Position numbers and translations under genes: made by a program
Part shown: positions 10,933-19,536 of the stretch, in pieces
Layout of the letters: every line of letters begins with the position of its first letter
How positions within the stretch are numbered: position 1 is the stretch's first letter
The notes under the pieces: model-generated
The model's input: only the letters and a program-made list of their open reading frames with translations
Databases searched by the model: none
What the model was told of the DNA's origin: nothing
NCBI GenBank assembly: GCA_964495025.1
Contig: CAZBUF010000557.1
Coordinates: 1 to 35,306 of the forward strand
Length of the DNA: 35,306 nt
Direction of reading: 5' to 3'
Origin: an uncultured Bacteroidales bacterium
GTDB taxonomy: Bacteria > Bacteroidota > Bacteroidia > Bacteroidales > UBA10428

Positions 10933-10965
10933 AGAAGATAATATGCTGCCCGGGTATTATCTTCT
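10933..10965 (-). promoter_or_regulatory. Strong hairpin between the HTCS stop and the GH31 start; terminator or translational/attenuation element.
   Basis: AGAAGATAATA (10933-10943), an 11-nt GC-rich loop, then TATTATCTTCT (10955-10965): a perfect 11-bp stem. Its base is 17 nt upstream of the GH31 ATG (10916). On the minus strand it is followed by TTAAAATCATTT. Confidence 0.4.
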
Positions 10966-11084
10966 AAATTTAATTTGTGTCAGCAGGTGTATTCCAGGTT
11001 CTAAAAGTAGGGGATGTGAAAGAATTTAAGAGGACTGAATGTTTTCAACTAGGGGTTCAAATGTTAACAGAAAAATAAATTCTG

Positions 11085-14000
11085 CTAATTGCTTTTATTC
11101 TCAGAATATAATGAAGGCAGTGTTTTATACTCAGCTTTAAAGTGTTTTGCGAAGTATTTAGGGTTATTAAAACCGACAGTGTAGGCAATTTCCGAAACAG
11201 ATAACTGGCTTTTCTTAAGCAGCTGAGCAGCTCTTTTCAAACGTATTAATCGTATAAACTCAATGGGGGTTTTTCCTGTGAGGTAAGATAATTTTTTATA
11301 TAAATGGACACGGCTCATTGCCATCTCGCGGCTAAACTGTCTTACGGAGAAATCGGGCTCAGAAATATTCTTTTCAACAACATCAAGAGCTTTTCGTATT
11401 AACTTTTCATCTAATGATGTAATGCTGATATCCCCCGGCTGGATTTTTATTTGTTTGAGGTAATCTTCCCTAAGAGCTTTTCTGAGAGAAATAAGGTTGC
11501 TTATCCTCGATTGCAGTATTTCAAATGAGAACGGTTTTGTAATATAATCATCAGCTCCTGATTCAAAGCCCTCTATCTTTTGTTTTTCTGTTGCCCTTGC
11601 AGTAAGGAGGATAACAGGAATATGAGATGTTTTCTGATGACTTTTAACTTTGCGGCATAATTCTATGCCATCTCCTTCTGACATTATGATATCGCTGACA
11701 ATAAGATCAGGGACAGAGTGAACAGCTTTTTTCCAGCCTTCTTTTCCATTGGCCGCTTCAATAATATTATAATGCTGTAAAAGATTGTCTTTAAGGTAAA
11801 AACGGAAATCCTCATTGTCTTCAACAAGCAGTATCAAAGGCTTCTTATGATCTATCCTGTTTCTTTTAAGGCGGCTTGTTATATTATGTTGTTCTGAACC
11901 GGCATGCGACTTAGCTGACATATCAACAGATGTTTGCTCTGCAATATATTCATCAGCACTTCTCACAGGCAGCAATACAGCAAAACTGCTGCCTTTGTCA
12001 GGCTGGCTGTTTATAGAAATCTCACCCCCGTGAAGTTTTACAAATTCTTTGGTTAATGCAAGTCCTACGCCACTACCTCTGTTGATAACGGAACCCGGAA
12101 CAATATCCTGAAAGAAACGTTCGAATATTTTCTCATGCTTATCGGAAGGTATCCCTATACCTGTGTCGGTTACAGTTATTTCGAACCATCCGGGCCTGCT
12201 AGTCGTATTTTTCTTTTCATCGGCAGGATTTGCACTTATGGTTATGCTACCGTGCTCGTGAGTGAATTTAAAGGCATTTGAAAGAAGGTTATATAAGATC
12301 TTTTCGAGCTTATCCTGATCAAATATCATATTTAAATTATCAATGCCTGCCTGTATTTTAAAATCGATCTTTTTCTTATCTGCAAGATCTGAAAATGATT
12401 CGGACACTTCCTTTATAATACTTATAATATCACCTTCAGTGGGATTATACCTGAACTCTTCCACTTCCATTTTTCTGAAATCAAGCAACTGGTTGGCAAG
12501 GTTTAGTAATCTTTTTGCATTCCTGGAGATCATTAAAAACTGATGTTTCTGATCAGGGTCCCTGGTGTTACCTAATACTTTATTAACAGGATCAATAATA
12601 AGTGACAGGGGTGTTCTGAATTCATGGCTGATATTTGTAAAGAACTTGATTTTCATCATGTCCATATCATGCATATGTTTGGCTTCCTGCCTTTCCTGCT
12701 TTATCCTGTTGTTCATTCTTTCCCTTCTTACGATTAACATCCGGGAAAACAATAGTATGCTTATAATAAGAATAATATATATTAAAAATGCAATCCGGGT
12801 TTTCCAGAAAGGGGGCAGAATTGTAATACTAAGACTTATACCATCTTCATTCCATATACCGTCATTATTACTTGCCTTAACTTTAAAGATATATTCTCCG
12901 GGATCCATGTTCGTGAATGTTGCTTTTCTCTGTGTGCCATCTGTTGTCAGCCAGTCAGTGTTAAAACCCTCAAGTATATATGCGTACTTATTTTTTACGG
13001 GATGAAAGTAACTTAATGCGGCAAATTCAATAGAGAATACATTTTCACTGTATTTTAAGATAATCTTCTTTGTGCGTGTTATTGATTGTTTAAGAATTAC
13101 CCTGGCATTTAGCTTTTCACCGGCATTAATACTTTTATTGAAAATTTGAAAATCGGTAAAAGCAAGTTCAGGTATAACAAGATTCTCCTTTATTTCACCG
13201 GGCTGAAAAATGTTAAATCCGTTCGGGCCCCCGAATATTAATTCTCCCCGGCTTGTCTTGCAGGCTGCGTTCTCATTGAACTCTTTTCCCTGGAGTCCGT
13301 CTGATTCATCATAGTTCTTAAAACTGAATATGTACGATCCGTCTTGCCGGTCTTTTCTTATCAATAAATTAGAAAGGCCGTTAGGTGTGCTGATCCACAG
13401 ATTGCCATTACTGTCCTCCAGAATTGTATTAATCGTGTTATCAGGCAACCCGTCCTGCATCATAAAAACCTTAAAGGTTTTATCGGCTTTATTAAATAAA
13501 TTCAATCCTTCACGTGTGCCTACCCATATAAGGCCGCGGCTATCCTCAATAATAGTAATAGTATTATTATTACTTAAGCTTAAAGGATTAGTTATATCAT
13601 TGTTATAATGAATAAAACTGTTGAGCTGCCTGTCATAGAAATCTATTCCGTGTGCATGCCCAATCCACAGATTACTGTTATTATCCTCAATAATTGAAGT
13701 AATGTAATCAGAATGAACAGAATTGGCATCCCCGGCCCTGAAATGATGAAATTTATTTGTCTTACGGTTCATTAGATCCAGTCCCTTGCCTAATGTGCCT
13801 ATCCAGAGATTCTCTTCCGAGTCCTCAAATATTTCCCAAACACGATCATCTGAAAGGCTTCCGGGATCAGAAGGATCATTGCGGTAATGAATAAATTTTT
13901 TACCGTCAAAACAATTCAAGCCACCGTAGTAAGTTCCAATCCATAATTTTTGTGTACGGTCAATAAATAAACTGACAATTATATCATTACTAAGACTGTT

Positions 14001-15278
14001 AGGATCATCCGGATTATGTGTATATTTTCCTAACCTGTTCTTACTTCGGTCATAGAACATTAATCCTCCTCCGTTTGTGCCGATCCAAAGATTACCGTTA
14101 ATATCCTCAGCAAAACAGTTAACATCATCATAAAACAAATTATCAGGATCAATTACCTGATTCCTGAACAGGTTGAATTTAATCATATCTTCATGGTAGT
14201 AATTGACGCCTTTTTTGAAAGTACCAATCCAGATAATACCGGCGTTATCCTTATATAATGAACATATACTGTTCTGACTCAGACTTTTATCGTACTCTTT
14301 GTCGTTTGAAAGATATTTGATTGTGAAAGTGCCTTTATCCAGTACGTTGATACCTCCGTGATCAGTACCTATCCATATTAATCCGTTAATATCCTGCACA
14401 ACACCTTTCACAACATCAGTATTTAACTTAATACCCGATGATTTTGTATTTATATGCTTAAAAGACCGGCGTGACGCATCAAAATAAAATATACCCCGGG
14501 CATAGTTGGATACGTAAATCCAGATATCTCCTTCTGAATCAACATAAATACCGTATTCAAGGTACTCACCATCATAGTTTTTGTATAAGTAATTATTTCT
14601 GTAAATAATTTTGCTACTTCTGTGATCCATCTTTTCAAGTATACCATTATGATGTATAATCCAGAGATCATTATCAGGATCCTCGTAAATATCTGATATG
14701 AAATTTGTGAAAACAGAAGCACTGTCATCAGGGTTATGATTGAAATTGAAAGTAGCATTGTCTTTCCTGCTGTATTTGTGAAGGCCGGACACCGAGCCTA
14801 TATACCAGTAGTTGCCGGGATTGTCTTTGTATATCTTATTTATCGACTCATCATTTATATTTAATGCGTTAAGAAAGGATGATGTGTCATGATGAAAAGT
14901 TTCGTCAAGGGGATCATAAATGTTCAATCCGTTGTTAGTGTTAACCCATAACCTTCCGCGATGATCCTCGAAAACGCTGGTGATGAAATTGTCACTTATT
15001 GATGTTGAATCAGGAAGATCATGTCTGAATATTTTAAAATTGTACCCGTCAAACCTGTTAAGCCCTGACTTTGTTCCAAACCACATGAAGCCAATACTGT
15101 CTTTCAGAATACAATTTACCTGGTTATTTGATAGTCCGTCGTTAATATTCAGGTGAGAAAATTTGAAATGATCCGGCTGGGATATGAGCATAAATCCTGA
15201 AACTGCCCATAAGAGAATTATAAGAAAACTCTTTTGATTAGCCATGATAATCTTACTTAGTATGTATCTGACAGTCAT
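11085..15278 (-). CDS. Hybrid two-component system sensor kinase/response regulator (HTCS): periplasmic beta-propeller repeats + Y_Y_Y, TM, HisKA, HATPase, REC, AraC HTH.
   Basis: Many Reg_prop-like repeats (LWIGT, IWIGT, LWVGT). TM segment (IAFLIYIILIISILLF). H-box FTNISHEFRTPLSLI. ATPase G-boxes (VTDTGIGIP, GSGVGLAL). Receiver domain (ILLVEDNEDF...DLIVSDIIM...LLTA). AraC HTH (VSEIAYTVGFNNPKYFAKHFK). The start could instead be Met12 (MANQKSF, about 15245). Confidence 0.95.
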   Translation of the reverse strand: MTVRYILSKIIMANQKSFLIILLWAVSGFMLISQPDHFKFSHLNINDGLSNNQVNCILKDSIGFMWFGTKSGLNRFDGYNFKIFRHDLPDSTSISDNFITSVFEDHRGRLWVNTNNGLNIYDPLDETFHHDTSSFLNALNINDESINKIYKDNPGNYWYIGSVSGLHKYSRKDNATFNFNHNPDDSASVFTNFISDIYEDPDNDLWIIHHNGILEKMDHRSSKIIYRNNYLYKNYDGEYLEYGIYVDSEGDIWIYVSNYARGIFYFDASRRSFKHINTKSSGIKLNTDVVKGVVQDINGLIWIGTDHGGINVLDKGTFTIKYLSNDKEYDKSLSQNSICSLYKDNAGIIWIGTFKKGVNYYHEDMIKFNLFRNQVIDPDNLFYDDVNCFAEDINGNLWIGTNGGGLMFYDRSKNRLGKYTHNPDDPNSLSNDIIVSLFIDRTQKLWIGTYYGGLNCFDGKKFIHYRNDPSDPGSLSDDRVWEIFEDSEENLWIGTLGKGLDLMNRKTNKFHHFRAGDANSVHSDYITSIIEDNNSNLWIGHAHGIDFYDRQLNSFIHYNNDITNPLSLSNNNTITIIEDSRGLIWVGTREGLNLFNKADKTFKVFMMQDGLPDNTINTILEDSNGNLWISTPNGLSNLLIRKDRQDGSYIFSFKNYDESDGLQGKEFNENAACKTSRGELIFGGPNGFNIFQPGEIKENLVIPELAFTDFQIFNKSINAGEKLNARVILKQSITRTKKIILKYSENVFSIEFAALSYFHPVKNKYAYILEGFNTDWLTTDGTQRKATFTNMDPGEYIFKVKASNNDGIWNEDGISLSITILPPFWKTRIAFLIYIILIISILLFSRMLIVRRERMNNRIKQERQEAKHMHDMDMMKIKFFTNISHEFRTPLSLIIDPVNKVLGNTRDPDQKHQFLMISRNAKRLLNLANQLLDFRKMEVEEFRYNPTEGDIISIIKEVSESFSDLADKKKIDFKIQAGIDNLNMIFDQDKLEKILYNLLSNAFKFTHEHGSITISANPADEKKNTTSRPGWFEITVTDTGIGIPSDKHEKIFERFFQDIVPGSVINRGSGVGLALTKEFVKLHGGEISINSQPDKGSSFAVLLPVRSADEYIAEQTSVDMSAKSHAGSEQHNITSRLKRNRIDHKKPLILLVEDNEDFRFYLKDNLLQHYNIIEAANGKEGWKKAVHSVPDLIVSDIIMSEGDGIELCRKVKSHQKTSHIPVILLTARATEKQKIEGFESGADDYITKPFSFEILQSRISNLISLRKALREDYLKQIKIQPGDISITSLDEKLIRKALDVVEKNISEPDFSVRQFSREMAMSRVHLYKKLSYLTGKTPIEFIRLIRLKRAAQLLKKSQLSVSEIAYTVGFNNPKYFAKHFKAEYKTLPSLYSENKSN

Positions 15279-15367
15279 AAATATACATTAATGCTACCTG
15301 ATAAAATACTTTTACCGCTTTGTAATATGATTGAATAATTGACGAAGTTATGAAAAATATATGAATA

Positions 15368-15404
15368 AGAGGGACAGCTCCCTTTCACGGGGAGTTATCC
15401 CTCT
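15368..15404 (-). terminator. Probable intrinsic terminator of the nickel operon; GC-rich hairpin and member of the GGGACAG/CTGTCCC motif family.
   Basis: AGAGGGA-cag-CTCCC-tttcacg-GGGAG-tta-TCCCTCT: 12 bp of stem with a 3x3 internal loop. It starts 6 nt after the stop at 15410. On the minus strand it is followed by TATTCATATATTTTTC. Confidence 0.5.
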
Positions 15405-15409
15405 CCATG

Positions 15410-16522
15410 TTAAAGGTAAACATTGATCCCACTTCCGTCAAGGAGGTTATAAGGAGCATCAAGGCAGGACAGGCACAAATCATTATTGTTTATTTTCTTT
15501 ATCCGTGATTTCATAACACTTTCTTTGCAGGAGCTGCATATAACACTATCATGTATTGGTGCATAATCGGGGATTTTAACCATGGTTTCTGTTATGGTAA
15601 AAAGCTTGTTGAAAGGGATATTCAATGTGTCGAAGGCACAGCTTAATGCTGCTTTTTTATAAAGTGATTTAAGATTTTTATCATGGTTTTGTTTCACGAC
15701 AACTTTACTGTAATATTTATCGAAATCAGGATTTATTTTCAGGATAGTATCCCTTGACTGCGGTAATGAACAAATTCTGATTCCTTTGCCATGCCTGCTG
15801 GCAAGGGTAAATGCCGTTTTGCCCAGATCCTTGAATATTAATGCGTTATTACCAAATGTGCATCCGGTGACATACTGAACGCCATCTGAAAAACAGTTGT
15901 TGGTTTCAGTTATTGCCACAATATCCTCCATCCCGTCTGAGAATGTTTTCATTTCTTTTACGGCTCCTGAAGCGGCAATAACACCCATAGCGAGTCCCGG
16001 GCATATATGCCTGTGTATCTGGCCGGCATTAATAAGTAATTGTTCAAGGTTGCCTGATAATACATATTTTATAATATCACATCCGGGATCTGCTTTAAGC
16101 CTCCCCTTATTAATTTCACTGTTTATTTCATTATCACTGAATATCGAGTTATCACAGGGCTTAATGTCAATGACAGGTGTATTGTTAATTGCATCCAGTC
16201 CTTCGACAATAAGTTTATTCCTTATACATTTTATCAGTTTTACAGTTGTTATTCCTATTGAGTTCGGCCTGTCAGGACTGCGTGAGGCAAAGACGCCCCG
16301 TTCGGCACCCGTATGTATTTTAAGTGTCATTCTGTAATTCTGCGATTTATGAAAATAGAAGACGACATCAAGGTATTCACAATCACCGATATTTAAGAGT
16401 GCTTCCGTGTATTTATCGTCGATAATTATTGTACTCTGATTTTTCTTTATTTCCCGGTGATCAGCAGGCTCATTAAATTTATTCTCAACAATACCTACAG
16501 GTTTCAATTGATAATTCTCCAT
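15410..16522 (-). CDS. Fusion protein: N-terminal TrmO/TsaA (YaeB, UPF0066) SAM-binding beta-barrel domain, FmdE-family domain (PF02663 type), and C-terminal zinc ribbon. No signal peptide.
   Basis: TsaA motifs: LKPVGIVEN, RGVFASRSPDRPNSIGITTVKLI, EGLDAINNTPVIDIKP. FmdE motifs: HRHICPGLAMGVIAASGA, VAITETNNCFSDGVQYVTGCTFGNNALIFKDLGKTAFTL. Terminal CSSCKES...N11...CLSC. It is the last gene of the nikR-led operon, 33 nt after the ATPase. Confidence 0.85.
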   Translation of the reverse strand: MENYQLKPVGIVENKFNEPADHREIKKNQSTIIIDDKYTEALLNIGDCEYLDVVFYFHKSQNYRMTLKIHTGAERGVFASRSPDRPNSIGITTVKLIKCIRNKLIVEGLDAINNTPVIDIKPCDNSIFSDNEINSEINKGRLKADPGCDIIKYVLSGNLEQLLINAGQIHRHICPGLAMGVIAASGAVKEMKTFSDGMEDIVAITETNNCFSDGVQYVTGCTFGNNALIFKDLGKTAFTLASRHGKGIRICSLPQSRDTILKINPDFDKYYSKVVVKQNHDKNLKSLYKKAALSCAFDTLNIPFNKLFTITETMVKIPDYAPIHDSVICSSCKESVMKSRIKKINNNDLCLSCLDAPYNLLDGSGINVYL

Positions 16523-16555
16523 GCTCAGAACTTGTTATTATTATAAATTGTTGTT

Positions 16556-17314
16556 TTACAAACCTTCAGGAACGATATAAAGACCTTCATTTTCACTTAT
16601 AATACGGACCCTGATATCGTAAAGCTTTTCAATATTTTCCGGTGTTATGGTTTCCCTGCCTCCGCAGGCAAATATTCTTCCTTCCTTAAGCATTATAATA
16701 TTGCCGGCATAGCGTATGGCCATGTTAATATCATGCAGGGCAATAACGACTGTTATTCCCTTGGCAGATAATGTTTTCAGCAGTTCCATAACTTCGATCT
16801 GGTGTTTTATATCGAGGTTGGCAGTGGGTTCGTCAAGAAATAAAATATCGGGTTCCTGGGCCAGGGCTCTTGCTATAAGGACAGCTTGCTGTTGTCCGCC
16901 GCTGAGCTTGTTCATCTCCCTCATTGCAATATCCTGCAAATGCAGGGCGCTGAGAATGTCGGCAGTGACATCAAGATCATGCACCGAAGGCTTCCAGTTT
17001 ATATAGGGCTTACGTCCCAGAAGCACAACGTCGAACACACGAAGTGATGATTTTCTGCCTTCGTTCTGCGGCACATAGGCTATTTCTTTTGCGAGCTCAC
17101 CCGGCGCGAATGAGTGAATGATCCTTTCATCGATCAGCACCGTGCCTTTACGCACTTTGAGTATTCCATTCATGCATTTTATAAGGGTACTCTTTCCTGA
17201 ACCGTTAGGTCCGACAAGAGCAACAAAGTCCCCTTTGGCAATCCGGCTGTTTATATTCTGTAAAGCCGGTGTGCCGTTGTAGCTGAAGACAATATCATGA
17301 ATGGTTATTTTCAT
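16556..17314 (-). CDS. ABC transporter ATP-binding protein, FecE/FepC/BtuD (NiuE-like) class.
   Basis: Walker A GPNGSGKST, signature LSGGQQQ, Walker B ILFLDEPTANLD, H-loop ALHD. Confidence 0.95.
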   Translation of the reverse strand: MKITIHDIVFSYNGTPALQNINSRIAKGDFVALVGPNGSGKSTLIKCMNGILKVRKGTVLIDERIIHSFAPGELAKEIAYVPQNEGRKSSLRVFDVVLLGRKPYINWKPSVHDLDVTADILSALHLQDIAMREMNKLSGGQQQAVLIARALAQEPDILFLDEPTANLDIKHQIEVMELLKTLSAKGITVVIALHDINMAIRYAGNIIMLKEGRIFACGGRETITPENIEKLYDIRVRIISENEGLYIVPEGL

Positions 17315-17367
17315 GCTTTTATTATTATAAGCTCCTTTTTCATTTAAAGATACTGTAATTTATATTA

Positions 17368-18435
17368 CTACCAGTAACCTTTACCCATCCCTTTTATAAG
17401 CAGAAATAAAAATAAGGGGGCACCTATAAACGATGTAACGATACCTACCGGCAGGATAACCGGAGATATAACAGTTCTGGCCAGTGTGTCGGACAGAAGC
17501 AAAAACATTCCCCCGAAAATAGCTGATGCAGGAATCAGGAATTGTTCGTCACCCCCGATAATACGGCGTACGATATGAGGAACAACCAGTCCGACAAATG
17601 CGATAATACCAAAAAAGGCCACTACAACCGCAGTTGCCAGTGCCGCAACAATCATACCTGACAAACGTACGGCTGTTATATTCACTCCCAGGCTTTTTGC
17701 ATGCTCGTCGCCTGATTGTAAAGACTTGTAGTTCCAGCTTTGCCGGATAAAAAACAATATAACCGGAATCAGAGTAATTGCCAGTATAAGCGAATTCTTC
17801 CATGTTGCCCTTCCCAAATCACCGAAGGTCCAGAATACAATTGAAGCAAGCTGGACACTGTCAGCAAAATACTGCATGGCTGAAATTCCTGCGCCAAACA
17901 GGGAAGAAATGATGATACCGGAAAGAATTATTATCTCGGGAGTCGCCCCCCTGTATTTTGACAATAGCAGGATAACGGCCACACTGGCCAGGCTCCATAT
18001 AAATGCTGAAGTTGTAACAAGGTACGGATTATTTACTGCTGCGACATCATTTGACCCGCTGTAGCTGCTTCCCGCCCCAAGCACGACGATGGCAAATGCC
18101 GCACCAAAAGCCGATGACCCTGATATGCCAAGAGTGAAGGGTGAAGCCAGGGGGTTCCTCAATATACTCTGAATGACAGCCCCTGACATAGACAACGCTA
18201 TTCCACCCAGGCAGGCGCCGATAATGCGGGGCATCCTTATACTTAATACAACCCGGGATGTAAATTCAGTACCTTTGCCGAGCAGAAGGCTGTAAAGATC
18301 CTTAAGGCCTATACCGGCGGAGCCTGAAATAAGAGCAGCCTGTATCACTATTAAAAGAATAACCGAAACAGAAATGATAAAAAATATCCTTCTTTTTACA
18401 TACTTCCTGTATTGTGCGACAATCTTATCCGGCAT
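17368..18435 (-). CDS. FecCD/BtuC-family ABC permease (type II importer).
   Basis: 355 aa and polytopic. FecCD-typical segments: RMPRIIGACLGGIALSMSGAVIQSILRNPLASPFTLGISGSSAFG, GGDEQFLIPASAIFGG, PVGIVTSFIGAPLFLFLL. Its start overlaps the binding-protein stop (TGATG), suggesting translational coupling. Confidence 0.92.
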   Translation of the reverse strand: MPDKIVAQYRKYVKRRIFFIISVSVILLIVIQAALISGSAGIGLKDLYSLLLGKGTEFTSRVVLSIRMPRIIGACLGGIALSMSGAVIQSILRNPLASPFTLGISGSSAFGAAFAIVVLGAGSSYSGSNDVAAVNNPYLVTTSAFIWSLASVAVILLLSKYRGATPEIIILSGIIISSLFGAGISAMQYFADSVQLASIVFWTFGDLGRATWKNSLILAITLIPVILFFIRQSWNYKSLQSGDEHAKSLGVNITAVRLSGMIVAALATAVVVAFFGIIAFVGLVVPHIVRRIIGGDEQFLIPASAIFGGMFLLLSDTLARTVISPVILPVGIVTSFIGAPLFLFLLIKGMGKGYW

Positions 18436-19535
18436 CAGAAATCGTTTTTACTCATTGTCCTGAAAATATATGAATCAGCTGTCATCTCACCGTATAGCTC
18501 TTTACCAAGAAACATTTCTGATATCTCATTGGTCTTTTGCTCAACGTCAACATCGGCAAAGCTTCCGGGGTACAACATTTTGCCTGCATACCAGGCATTG
18601 GCCAGAACCAGCTCATAGTTCACAGCATAGTTGTTGTAGGGCATAAGAACATAAATCTTATCATTCATGACAGCATCCAGTGCATTATATAATACTGTGT
18701 TTTTTGCAAGGTCTTCTTTTACAAGGCTTAAACCCGATTGATCAATGAACAGAACATCGGGATTCCATTTCATTAACTGTTCCTTGTCAATATAAGTACC
18801 CTTTACATGCGATACTAACCTTTTGTCAATATCTGAAGCCACATTCACAGCATTTATAAATATAAAAGGGGGATAATACGGCTGTGTTGAAATTATACCA
18901 TATGTTCCGCTGTAAGGAACACCTCCTATATAGACTGATGGCTTGTCTTTCTTCGCAATGGCTGCGGTCCGCCTGTTCAGGTCGTCAACAGAACTTCTGA
19001 TATATGTGATAAGCGAATCCGCCCTGCCTTCCTTATGAAGTATTTTACCTATAAGCTGAAGAGAGGCGAAAAGGATATCCCTGTGAGTGCCGAATTCGGG
19101 ACATTCGAGTGCCACCACGGGAATACCTGTTTTTTTCTGAAGATCATCGGCATCACCGGTAGTGGTGTAGGTAATAAATATAACATCCGGTTGCGATTTT
19201 AAGATCAATTCGGCATCTCCGCCCATTATTGGTCCTAATGACGGCAAATCATACAATTCAGGATGTGCCGTAAGATAAGGCCTGCTACCTCTCCTTTCGG
19301 CTTCTTCAATGCCGGCAACCATATCCGAAGCATCCATATATATCAGTAAACGCAAAGCCCCTGCCCGCAATCCTGCGATCTTTTTTACCGCTGAAGGAAC
19401 ATACACCTCTCTGCCAAGCATATCTTTTACAGCGGCCATCCCCGCCTGATCCGAGGGGGCCCGGCCGGTGCAGCCTGTTATGAATATAACCGGCATGAAC
19501 AATATAAGTGTCCTTATTTTATATATCTGCAGCAT
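18435..19535 (-). CDS. Periplasmic substrate-binding lipoprotein of the Fe-siderophore/cobalamin/heme (cluster A, Peripla_BP_2; CeuE/NiuB-like) class.
   Basis: I place the start at Met34 of the listed ORF (MLQIYKIRTLILFMPVIFITGCTG, a lipobox). Its ATG at 19535-19533 lies 1 nt after the receptor stop (19537). The longer 19634 start would overlap the receptor gene. Peripla_BP_2-like features: KKIAGLRAGALRLL, PDVIFITY, WNPDVLFID. Confidence 0.85.
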   Translation of the reverse strand: MLQIYKIRTLILFMPVIFITGCTGRAPSDQAGMAAVKDMLGREVYVPSAVKKIAGLRAGALRLLIYMDASDMVAGIEEAERRGSRPYLTAHPELYDLPSLGPIMGGDAELILKSQPDVIFITYTTTGDADDLQKKTGIPVVALECPEFGTHRDILFASLQLIGKILHKEGRADSLITYIRSSVDDLNRRTAAIAKKDKPSVYIGGVPYSGTYGIISTQPYYPPFIFINAVNVASDIDKRLVSHVKGTYIDKEQLMKWNPDVLFIDQSGLSLVKEDLAKNTVLYNALDAVMNDKIYVLMPYNNYAVNYELVLANAWYAGKMLYPGSFADVDVEQKTNEISEMFLGKELYGEMTADSYIFRTMSKNDF

Positions 19536-19536
19536 A

